Assembly: GCA_002633005.1 (NCBI GenBank)
Contig: NMRA01000578.1
Span: 76,927-140,926 of the forward strand
Reading direction: 5' to 3'
Length of the DNA: 64,000 nucleotides
Source: Phoronis australis
Taxonomy: Eukaryota > Animalia > Phoronida
How positions within the stretch are numbered: the first letter of the stretch is position 1; each line of letters opens with the position of its first letter. Both the position numbers and the translations under genes were made by a program. Of the stretch, positions 15,401 through 26,826 are shown piece by piece. Under the pieces are notes generated by a model. It had not been told where the DNA came from. It did no database searches and saw only the letters and a list, made by a program, of their open reading frames with translations.

Positions 15401-18400
15401 GTGATATAAATCAAATTATCGCAAACTTTACTGATGATTTTTCAATCTGTTTAACTTGTGAAATTGAATTCGTAGTGAAAAGTTGACCAAGGGATGTAAC
15501 CGGGGTACATAAATGGTTTATTTGTTGTGTGTTCTAACAAATAGTAGCAAGAACGCTTCACAATAGACTATGTTGTTAGCTGATTTTGGAAACCGCTTGT
15601 GTCCGGAGTTGAAACTGTACAGGGGAATTCGTTATATTCTGTTTCCAGATGAGTCCGGAAGTTCACTCGGAGTTCACACGCGATCGTCACCTGCACGTTT
15701 CTCTTCTGGAGCGTCTTCACGACCGCTACCCTGCTGAGAGCCCTATCAAAATCTTGCTGTGTGAGAACTACCGCTCACACAAGGCCATCATTGACTTCAC
15801 GTCTGAGCTGTTTTACGCTAGTCAGTTGGTGACCAGTGGGCGACAGCCACGGCACGAGCGCTTCTATCCGCTCACTTTCTTCACCACCAGAGGGGAGGAC
15901 GAGCAGCATCAGAACAGCACTGCCTACTACAACAATGCGGAGGTACTTAGAAAAACTTGTTCTATATTTGAGTGGCTGATGAGGTCCTGTTGAAGAGCAG
16001 TCATTCACTGAACAATGCATAATTTTGAAAGCAACATGCATAATTTTGAAAGCAACAATTAGGCTAATTACAGTAAATGTGTTCTGAATGAGGAAACCAT
16101 CACTATATCTGAACTGAATGCAGTGAAGCATTAACCCACCACTAAGCCAAGGCTGTCTATTCATTAGGTGTCTTTTCTGGGAGTGACTAAATAAATACAA
16201 TTAAGTCAGTTCCAGCTCTGTTATACTTGTGTCACACAGTCAGGGCACTACTTTTATGAAACAGGACTGGACATATCCCATGGCCATCAACGTGTGGCAT
16301 TTTTACATTGAGATTTCCAGAAAATCTGATGAAAGTTATCAGAAAGTGTCTTGCATTGTTAAAGCGAGTGTCATTTTTATCATACATGCTCTCGACAGAT
16401 GAGTTTGTTTTCTCTCAGTCTCATGTCTTGCTCAGCATCCTGATAGTCAATACCCTCGCAATGTTTGTCTGAATTCAGCGTTATTAAATTGGTATATCCA
16501 TCTGTAAAACAACTGGAATTCTTGCAGAAACTTCCCTAAATGCGAGTCCACAGTTTTGTGCACCACCTTGAATATATATTAATTAGGTAAAGCAAACAAA
16601 AGATTCACGTGCGTTTCTACTTCCTTGGACGGGTGAGCAAGGCCTGTTGAAACCAATATTTCTTGAAAGATGTCGACTGGGTTAAGTCAAAACTTTGAAA
16701 GTATGCCATATCCAATATTTTCAGGATTGTTTGAAACTTATTCTCATCTGTTGAGAACCATCTATTAATCTGAAGTTTGGAGCAAATTGTAAAAATGCCG
16801 ATGACCAATTTTATCAGCAAAAATCTGGTAGCTTTGAAAGGCTCACTCTTTTTTGTTGCATGCGTATTTGGGTTTCGTTATCACCTCGATCCGGATATGG
16901 AACTGGAATGTCTGTCGCACCAGAAACAAAGGATGAGTCAACGTCTTTATATGGAACATCTCTCGATTTGTAAAAGAATCCTTAGACCAATGAGCTATAT
17001 TTATCTGATTGCCTTAGACTACCTTTGCGCGGCAGACGACGTTACAGAAACCAGACACGACCACTGGCTGTGCAAATTCTAGAATCACTCCTCCCGAAAC
17101 TGTACATCACGCATTGCCGCCAAATTTTTTAACTGGGAGTAACCACAAGTATTGGATCAGCCAACGAAACCCCTTATAAGAAAATGAGATGAGCTTAATT
17201 TCGATTAGCCAATGCCAATGAGAAATGCACCAAAAATACCCAATAGTATTCGTCTAAGTGAGAAATACACAAGTATCAACCAATAAGAGTAGTCATACGC
17301 GTTTCCATTCAAAGGTTAGTTGATATTTCAAACACTGCTGCCGCAGTCTATTTCTTATTTCTAAAATGACTGATGGCCTATCTATTTGAGGGAAGCAGTC
17401 AATGAGGCGATAATATTAAGAAAGTGGCTGTCATTTCAAGCAACTTTTTAAAATTTTGCCCATCTTTTTTATTCTGGCCGTCCAGTCGAACCAGTCTAAA
17501 ATAATACTCTGTCCATCCAAAAAAACAGGCAAGACGGACACTATTTAAACCCCTGCAGCCGCTTAGACACCCAACTCACCCAAAGCTTGGATTTTCGTAC
17601 CAATTTTCCAAAAACCATTCCCCCTCTGACTTCACTCAGAGCACATACTACACTTAGGCTGACAACAAATCCACGGTTGTCGAACGTTTATGTAGGTCAT
17701 CGAAGCACTACTGCACATAAATTCGTCCACTCTATGTTATATCCCAAGGAAAGTTTTAGGCTACAGTTTTATTTCTAAATGAATCGAAAATGAACAGCCA
17801 CACTCTTACAATTGAAAAATGAAGAATTGTATTAAGTTTTGTGAAGTTTGCTGACAGAGGCTTATATTTTTCGGGCAAATAACGCACAAAAAATTAATAC
17901 GCGCTGTGCAGCCACCTAAAGCGTGGCCATGCCACTATTTGTTATGGACGCAGAATCACTTGTACTCCACGTAGCAAGAAAATTCAAAATTGTACGACTG
18001 TTGATATTTTTTTGTCTTAATCTGAATATCATATAATGAAGAACTGAATCCCGATTCTTTTCGAGGAAACAATTTAATACCCGAGTACAGTCAGAACTGC
18101 CAGGTGCATTTCACGCTTCAGTTACACCCATTACAGGGTCTTATATGATGTTGTCAAGGACAGTCAGGCCTGGCTAACACACACTAATGCAATTACATAT
18201 TATAAGCTGACGATTGATTGTCGATAAAAGCGCAATAGCTTTGGTTCCGTAATGAGACATGATTTGGGTTATCCTCCTGGAACAATGGCAACATCTTGGG
18301 TATTTCAGGTTACATGGATCTGGAGATAGCATTGATATGTGTTTGGGCTCTCTTCACTATAATCTGATTTTTCCCTTGGGATTGGTCTGTATTATTGATT

Positions 18401-21400
18401 GCGTTCACTTGTGTAGGCACCCGTTTTGCAATATTTTTTCACTGACGTATTTGACATCTAGAACATCGCATTTAACAGAGCATTGAGAATTTGAAGACAT
18501 CAGAACTCAATAATGTGTACAAGGAAATTTGTACTTTACGGGAAACATCTTGACCACCCACGTGTTGACATTTTACATCTGAGTTGTGACCACTGACTAG
18601 AGTTGGAGGAATTTTTGTGGGTCGTGGAACTTTTGAGTTTGCATTTTTGTCACTGTTTTACTTGCCACTTAACATGAAATGTGATGCATTATCAGGTGTA
18701 TGAGGTTGTGGAGAGAGTCACTGAACTTCGGGACTCCTGGCCTAAGTCGTGGGGACCATTTCAAGGTTCCAGCATCGGTGTGGTGGCACCTTACCACGAT
18801 CAAGTCTCGAGGATAAGAGCTGAGCTTCGCAAGCGCAAGATGGCTGGTGTATCGGTAGAACGTGTTTTCAATGTACAAGGTATGAGTGTAAAGAAGTGTA
18901 TCACGTTTAGGCCACCTGTTTCTGTCCAATTGAATTTGTATTGCCCTTCTCCGACTTTTTAGCCTAGTGAACCAACTAGAACCTCTGGTGCTACCTGAAC
19001 GTCTGTGTGATGTAGGGACACAACTTATGGCAGAAAGGTTCATATAGGACACGGTTGTCTGAGGGTGAAAGTGAAATTATTCTGTCATCACTTACGACAT
19101 AGCTGACTTTCGAAATAACTTGAAATTCACTATGTTGCTAAATGACAGTCAGGACTCTGGTGGACAGGCATTCAGCGCCACCTACAGATCCCATGTAATG
19201 TTTCAAGTTTCAATTTACTGGACAGGTATAAACAGCATTTTCAGCACTTTTCGTGCTATAATAATGGAGGTGTACTAATCCCTTATGAAAAAATGGCAAA
19301 CCTTTTGTAATATCAATCAATGAACAAGTCCATCATGTTCCTTGCATTTCCCACTGCGAAGAAGAATCTGCAACGAAACCAGTTGCATTGGCTGATAAAG
19401 CGAGTGAAGTTCAATAATTAGTTGATCGATGTGACAGTTGCGAAATGGTTCTGCATGCAATAAATATAAAATTGGCAAAACTTGTTTTTGTCAATTGCAA
19501 AACTTCTACTGGTCCAATTCGCTCAGAAACTCCACAAAATATAATATTCCGCAAGTGCACAGTATTCCGAAAGTGCACAGTATTCTGCAAAACTTGTGCA
19601 GTGTTCTGCAAGTGCGTAATATTCCGCAAAGTCTGCGTAATATACAAAATCTGTGGAATATTCTGCAGATTTTGACGAATATTCGGTAAACTTTGCAGAA
19701 TATTCCGCAGTCAGTGTGGTACATTCTGCATGGCAAAATTTGAACTGCTAATTATTAGAAAATACTAACTGAGGAAATAAAAAAGTAACATTGTAAACAT
19801 GTTTAGGATAACGTATAGATTTGTTTCATACCATTTTTATGGCCTTAAGTGGATATAAAAAAGGTGCGGAACCGTTCCGTCCACTTTGAGACTAAATATG
19901 AAAGTTTCATTTGAAAAAATCACAGTCGTCATTGTTACCTGAAAGTGCATTCTTCTCATTCTCTGCCGAATGCCATGATTAAAATGTTTGTCCAAGCTTG
20001 CGCAGGTGGTTTCAAATGATCAAAAAATTATGTCAATAGAACTGAGTGCTGTCAGTCCTGTCAGTATAATTGGATGTTTCATTGTTAAATTTTTTCTCCA
20101 AATGTTAACCAACTGTATTGCTTTTCTTTAGGTAAACAGTTCAGGGCCATCTTCATCTCGACAGTACGCACACGTAAGACCTGTACGTCAGACCCGTCTG
20201 AAGAGGACCAAGTAGATTATGGTTTCTTATCAAATGACAAGCTACTTAATACCGCTATTACTCGGGCACAGTCACTGGTGGCTGTGGTCGGGGATCCTGT
20301 TTCATTATGCTCTGTTGGAAAGTGTCGGTAAGTTTCCCCAACAAACTTACAAGTGTGCAGATAGGTCGATAGGTTATTCACTAAGTTCTGCACTCTGGGA
20401 TATAGCTGTGGTTTTGTAAGGGCAATAGGAAAGGAGTAGTATTTTAAGCATGTCCTTAACTTCAACAGATGATAAGAAAAATACATCTGTTGCAACTGCT
20501 GCTCCTTTGTTGAACACCCCGTGTCTTCACTTTGTCATAACAATAAGTTGACTTCGCTTGCATACGTAACCACACAACACAACAGAGCACTGAATGACCT
20601 TGACCCTAAAGAATACAGTAACCCTTGAATAGGGGAGGACCTATTGAGTCACGGGTGGTGGTTACCCCAGTTAATCTGTTTCGAAATGAAATTGGTGCAC
20701 TGCATTGCATTGTTGTAGAAAACTGTGGGAACGATTCATCGAGATCTGCAGCCAGAATGACAGCCTGTATGGTATTACATGGAATCACTTGAGGGCCCAG
20801 CTGGATGGTGTGGAGATCAAGAAGACGTACACACTCAACCCCCTTGCCCCAGAGTTCATACCTAGCCGACTGCGACACCCCATTCCAGGCGAAACCAGCA
20901 CGTTTCCCATGTCCTCGGCACAGATGACGCAAACTTTCCCACCTTGGTGGTTGCGCTTTGGTCATATGGTACCTCCTGTGTTTCGCTACCCATACGTAAG
21001 TTGTATAGAGACTGCTTCAGGGGGGCTGCTTGATTGTTTGGTTATGTTGCAAAAATTATTGCAAAGTCACATGCAGTGTCTTCGGCTGATTGCGGTTTAC
21101 CATTCTTCCCTGCACATAGTCATATTTTAAAAATTCTGGGTCGTTTCATTTTTAGAGGAGATAGAATCGTAGATGTCTCTCCATCCTGATGGCTCTGTTT
21201 ATGGCTGGCGTTTAAACGACCTTAAGTCTTGGAACCATGTGCAATAGGATACTTTATAGTTGGATATTGTAACAAAACTTATGGAGAATCAAATTTGATT
21301 GCAGTCAGTTAGATTCCCAACAGCATTTTGATACATAGTAGTTGAGTGCGCATTACTTAGAATTAGTGTTGTAGCATTCTGTTTGCATCAAATGCTTTGA

Positions 21401-22882
21401 TACACTCTTGAGGTGTTGTCTTCATTACAGGTATATCCCCCACTTTGGCCGCCCCAGCCATTGCAGCCTGTCATCTTCCCTGGCTACTACCAGCCGATGC
21501 GGCAGCCCAGCCTCCTGAGCTGGCCTCAGCTGGTACCAGCACCACTGCCAGGGACTGGTCCAACGTCACCAACCCGAACCAAGGAGGTTGTCCAACCAGC
21601 CAGGGTACCAACCAGCAGCCAGGCTTTACAAAGTGAAGCCACCACGTCGAAACCGGCTTCTGTTCAATCTTCAGCGAGCGTACACCCTATGCTTAGTGAG
21701 CAGGCTAGGGGTTCTCCAATTTACATTCAGGCAGCAGGTCAGCCCTTGAGAGGTATGATACCAGCTCAAATGCCTGCTTGGCCACAATCATATGTGGGAC
21801 AGCCATTTCAGACCTATCTCCCATCAAAATCAGTGTCGCCCCGTCAGGCTGTTATACCTGGTCCCTTGTCTCCATCCGCCATGGCTGCTGTCAAAGACGT
21901 ATCATTGAAACAGCCGAGTTCAGGACGTTCTTCTGCAAGTCTATCACCAAAGCCGCAGAGCGGGTCACAAATACAATTGCTGCCCAACGTGCGTCATGCA
22001 CCACCTCATTTGTTGCAGCAATCGGTGAGAACACCATCAGCACCTATGGTGTCGAGCTATCAGAGAGAGGCACATACCCAGGGTTTTAGGCAGCAACACC
22101 AACAGAGATCTGCTGACGCCACCGTGTCGCATAGCCCGAACCTGCAACGCGAGTTCTACCGCTACATAATGCAGAGGCAGGGCGTCGATGCTGCCAACCG
22201 GTTCCTGAAGACAGTCCAGCGGGAGGGACAGATGGGCTCGTCATCTCCCTCTCACAGTCAATCTCCAGTTCCCATACCAATGCCTCCTAACAGAGATTCT
22301 GGTCGGCATGAACAAGCATCATTGGGAAATGTTATGGGGGTTGGGGATCTACGTGGTAACTCAGGTGGGTTTGCCAATCATCACCAGCGTGTGAATCAAA
22401 ATCCGTCAACGTCATTTGCAAGCAACTTTCACCCCCGCCAACAGGAAGTGATATCAGCCTCTGCAAATGTCCAGTCTGGAAGTGGACTGCACACATCCAT
22501 TGACTTTTCCGCACCGTCAGAAATCGACAGACTGATGAAATTAATGGAGGAGAGTAACCAGCGTGCCACCAATCAACCGAACACATTTGACGGAGCCAGC
22601 TTAGTTCAACCGTCAAGGGTATTAGATCAATCGTGCAAGATCAGTGACTCTGCTGAGCAGCAGCAGCGGCAACGTACAGCTCCCCCTTTGTACATGAGGG
22701 GTAATGATGAACCAGCACAGCGGGACTCTAACAAGCCCATGTCCTATGCTGCTGTACTCCGTAGTAAGCCTCCCCCTTCAGCCCCAAAGGAGAGCACCCC
22801 CGAGAATCCCCTGGATCTACTGAAAAATTTGAACATCAAGGCGTCACCAGGCACTCAGGCCTTTTATCAGTATTTCTCTTGA
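3438..22882 (+). CDS. HELZ: Helicase with zinc finger (HELZ; UPF1-like SF1 RNA helicase), 17 exons in window, 5' end probably upstream of window
   Basis: GT-AG exons with matching phases: 3438-3588, 4345-4519, 6020-6218, 6523-6630, 7479-7667, 8076-8278, 9417-9611, 10529-10748, 11011-11249, 12519-12725, 13000-13262, 14161-14279, 15649-15942, 18696-18879, 20132-20327, 20719-20995, 21431-22882. Total 4671 nt, open to TGA. Motifs: [28 protein letters not shown] (C3H1 finger), GPYGTGKT (Walker A), [46 protein letters not shown]2 [10 protein letters not shown], then a Q/P/S-rich tail ending FYQYFS. The first exon seen has no in-frame ATG. Confidence 0.93.
4067..4243. mobile_element. Dispersed ~180-bp non-autonomous DNA element (MITE-like), copy 1
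   Basis: cctggcgtgcattcagtaacgctag...gctttttagcaagatcctagtgtta...ggctggtctt aligns by eye with the reverse complement of 62968-63150. Confidence 0.6.
7826..7943. repeat. Degenerate 18-bp tandem array (about 6 units), probably the subterminal repeats of a MITE end
   Basis: Units ggatgggcatcaagacga / gggtgggagttaagttga / ggcttggtgtcaagccaa / ggatgggcctcaagccaa / gggtgggcgtcaggcaga / gggtgggcgttaatccag. These explain the repetitive DAHP-like ORF at 7738-7968. Confidence 0.7.
11625..11775 (+). mobile_element. Degenerate tRNA-derived (CORE-type) SINE with an internal 14-bp tandem repeat
   Basis: B-box-like ggttcagttcc at about 11653, four copies of gttgcagttgccta (11673-11734), then the MIR/CORE-like gtgtccttgagcaaaccactt at 11740-11760. 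Confidence 0.5.
15251..15319 (+). pseudogene. tRNA-like cassette (Trp-like CCA loop); tRNA pseudogene or SINE head
   Basis: A box TGGTTTAGTGG (15257-15267), B box GGTTCAAATCC (15300-15310), acceptor-like pairing gctgag/ctcagt and T arm ccgg-g-ttcaaat-ccgg. The anticodon stem does not pair, so it is not a functional tRNA. Confidence 0.55.
19543..19730. repeat. Degenerate ~20-bp minisatellite (aatattccgcaaagt-like units)
   Basis: Recurring tattccgca/tattctgca motifs. They produce the four overlapping repetitive ORFs at 19411-19736. Confidence 0.7.
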
Positions 22883-25504
22883 TGTGTTGCATGTTTGAAT
22901 GTGTATTGCATGTTTTTGTTCTTAAGGCATCTGTTTGAAGTGTGAAATTGTAGATCCAACGAGTTACATTTTTGGCATCCTAGACTTGTTAGCTTCATCT
23001 TGGAGTCACACACAGTTTTTTATTAGCAGTCAGTACAGCAAGACCAAGACTTCCAAAACTGGGACTTAACATTCGACCAATCAGGGCCTTGACTTTAAAA
23101 ATCAACCAATCACAGGACAGGCTTTGAGTAAACTTTCTAATGTGATGCATTGTGATTGATCAGTTTTTAGTTGACCTAGATTGGTCTGCGGTCTAGGCCA
23201 ATTTATGGCAGTTAAATGTTTGGAAACGACTGACAGCGCTATCGCATCATTTCACAGTCGTTAAGTGTGTCGTGCTAACAACCAAACCTAAGAATTGAGA
23301 CTGACGATAAGTTTAATGGGAGTAACTCAAGCTCTGTCCCATATGCCTATGGGTACTACACACTGACTCGAGGTTTGTATTTCTTGTGTGTGGATTTTGG
23401 GATTAGTGTTGTGTGATTGCATGTTTTAACTTGCTAAATACATAATAAGGGAAAATAAAATAAAAAACACAAAAATAAAACTGAATAAAAAATTTAAAAT
23501 GCAAGAAAATCTATGAAAATGTTTTAATAGTTGTTGGATATATTATAGTTTCTTTGGTGTGTCATTGGTGTGTCATTGGTGTTATTTGTTTGTATTTGAG
23601 GGCATAGTTTCTCTACTGTTGGTGGTTGCCATTGGCAACTCAAGTTGTTTCATCATTCATAGTTTATTCTTTATTAAAGTTGAAATTCAAATCATATCGC
23701 TGTATGTTAATAGATAGAATTTTGTTCTTCAATCCCTGTCATCTGGAATCCATAAATATTGTGGTGTAAAGTCTGTTATTTTTAAAATCTCCGTATGGAA
23801 CAAAACCAGTGTTTTGTGTACATAAACCTATACATGAAAATTGTAAATTAAAATAATATAGGTCTATTTTTGTTACCAACATTCTCTATACATAGATATT
23901 ATATATTTGAATATATGGCCATGTATTTCAAGTAATCGGCCTACTAACTTGTAAATATAGTAACCATTTTTACTTAAGTGCAAATGGCAAAAATTGAAAT
24001 TAGTTGTTTTTTTGTTTTACCCTGGTTTTGACCAAGCTTATTTTGTTAAAAACTGCTGTATTTTGTTCCTCACTAATAATTTCACTTCTATTTCTGTGTA
24101 TTTTTTTTAAACTGAATTATTTAGTTGCTGATTTTTAAATATCAGTTCGAACTTAATGTAATGAGTTTTGCAAGTTGCTTTGAAGTGACACAAAGAGCAT
24201 TTAGTTCTTACTGAATTTTGAATTTTTAGTTTTTGTGTGAAGACTAAATTGCAACACTTTTGTGCATACTACAACTTTCCAAGTGTGGTCTAAATAGAAC
24301 CATGCTGGACTTTATGCTGTGTACAAGCTAAAGGTTTCTTTCAAAGCCACGTCCTTGTATTTGTCACAATGGTCGTATTTTACTGCTGCTAACCTTCGTT
24401 CTATATTCGTTTATTTTTCCATGTTGACAAATACAACATGTTCTCCATTGACTGCAAGAAAGCTTGTAAATGGTCCATAGATAGCATTTTGATTGCTTTT
24501 GCACTTCTGTCACTATGAAATACTTAGGATTTGTGAAAAATCAACTTTTTTCAATAAACATGCTGTTCAGTGTGCCCAGTTTGTGATGGAGTCCATTTCC
24601 ACTGTTAAAGACACTTTCCTTTTCTTTCTTATTCAAGCAGAACATCGAATGAGTTTTCTTAACCAAGAGGCACTACTTAAAACTGGATGATAAATTTCTA
24701 CCTTTGAACAGCTGTTAAACCACATTCCCATTTAAGAAACATAACTTTTGAATTAGACCACCTACCTTATAAAATCAGTGTTGACTTACTCCTTGAAGAG
24801 AAGAAGTTTCTAAGATTAAACAGAATTCCGTTTCTAGAGATTGTGCTCGATGCATAAAGTGTCACGTCTTCATGAGCGAACTTCTTGAGCTTGTTTTTGA
24901 TAATGAACGGTCTGTTTTTTCCTAGCCCAGAAATTATCTTAGTTCAGTAAGGAACATGGTTGGGGTTAAAGTTCAAAACTTGTTTTTCTACTGGAGGTTG
25001 CATTATTTGTTACAGCTGTAAGGTTTGCATCAATTCAGTGTTGATTTTGTAATGATATTTTGAGCAAGCGTGATACCCTGTTGAAATAGCATTATTTGGA
25101 AAGATGTTCTAATTCGGTTTTTGTTGTAATGCATTTTGTTGTCTGTGGAAATGACGAATCACTTCCCTACACTGCAAGACAAGCGACATTTGGGATAAAT
25201 TTCTTCACCAAGTTCTTTGTTGGTTTGTAATTTGTAGTCTTTGTTATTCAGTTCTGTCAATTAAGTGCAATGCTTTGGGTTTTAAACCAGTGGTGCAATG
25301 ATAGAAGTCTGAGCAAAAGCGGCAATTTTTAACCTTCTTGTTTAGCTTAATTTGTTTACAAGTGTCACGTGTGTAATGCACAATTTGAAGCTTTTGCACT
25401 GATACTTTTTCTGTTTAGATGTGCTTTGGTAGTGTTCTTGTTTGATTGTTGGTTAACTGTAAAGACAAATGTGTTTCTAAGGTCATTCTATTTCACTCAT
25501 GGTG

Positions 25505-25510
25505 AATAAA
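25505..25510 (+). terminator. Candidate distal HELZ polyadenylation signal
   Basis: AATAAA followed about 25 nt later by a GT/T-rich tract (ttgttgtttttc). The T-rich, UTR-like composition ends around here. Proximal AATAAA hexamers also occur near 23454-23490. Confidence 0.45.
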
Positions 25511-26525
25511 TGATTTCTGGCTAACACACCAAGAATTGTTGTTTTTCAATTCCTTTCAAAACCAAGGTCCAGTTTAGAAAAACATAGATATAGGCCACAT
25601 GACTGTCAGAGCATCAAATTTAAGGGTTACTCTGTAACTTATGGGTCAGCAACTTGTATCGTGTAAGAGAATTTTGACTTTTACGACATTCAAAAATAGA
25701 CCAGGCAAATGAGATCCCACAGAAATTGAATGTTAGAGCTGGCCTAGAGTTTGGCAATCGTAGTAAAAACTAATGTGCACCAATAAATAGTGTGAGGGCA
25801 TTCCAAAATGATCCCTATTTCATCTAGCAATGAACATGGGAAAAATGGGATGCTGCACTTGCATAAAACAAAAATTTTAACAAAATTCATTTTATCACAA
25901 GTAGTCACCTTTGCAGAATGAATTTTAATTTGGCAAGGAAAATATTTAATCTAAAAAATTTCATTAATCTTCTATTATGTCTGCGGACATCTACATTTAG
26001 AATGCAGATGCAACAGACCTGTGAATCTAACAAGGAGTCGAATCGGTTAAAATACTTGATTTCTGCTCCACAGAGCTTATTGTAAGAAGGAAAAGTCACT
26101 GTGGAACAATGTCGCACAAATTCAAAAGTCACACGGCATTTTTTATTTTCACTAGCTTTAGTAACAACTAAGATATTCACAATTGCATTGATCATACTGA
26201 ACTAAAACTCCAATAAAACTAGATGTTCAGAGTTAATACGAAAAGATATGTAGCAGGTTATGCGTTAACCACAATAGCATTGAATGCCAAATTATCAACA
26301 GTTTGCATTGTACACCAACATAAGATTCTACAACAATTGAGAAGGCAAAACAACTGACATCATGAGAGCATTCCAACATGATCCATGGCTGCTCACTCAG
26401 ATGAACAAAAACTTCATAAACAAAACTGGGTCAACGGAATTCCTTCAGATTTATAAGGCCAAGACACAAGTCTTATGAGCAGACGAGATAGAAGGATTCT
26501 CTTATTAGACAAGTAAAATTGTCGT

Positions 26526-26531
26526 TTTATT
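26526..26531 (-). terminator. Candidate LDAF1 polyadenylation signal
   Basis: tttatt on + (AATAAA on -), about 300 nt after the LDAF1 stop codon. Confidence 0.45.
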
Positions 26532-26826
26532 ACACCACAAGTCAACCACCACATTGGATAAACCTGACAGCATCAAGCCTTGCTCCCAGATTAATATTGG
26601 GCCAGCTTTCATAGGAAAGTCACCAATCCCAAGTTTGTTCAACAGTTTGTACAGACACTTAAAGCCATGTCATGCCATCTGGTATAAGTATAACCAGCAA
26701 GACAAGTACGTTTCAGGGGTTCAAGACCAAAACGCCAGGATTAGTGAATCGTTTTTCATTTTCTGATGACATTCAGGTAATAAATTCGATCAATCAACAG
26801 AATAATGTTATTGTGTACACTCAAAT

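Noticed and set aside
19411-19736. Four overlapping Cys/Arg-rich ORFs, or a CRISPR-like array
   Set aside because: They are translations of a degenerate minisatellite. There are no unique spacers and the context is a eukaryotic intron.
21445-22616. Alternative-frame and antisense ORFs inside the last HELZ exon
   Set aside because: Expected by chance in a GC-richer, low-complexity coding exon.
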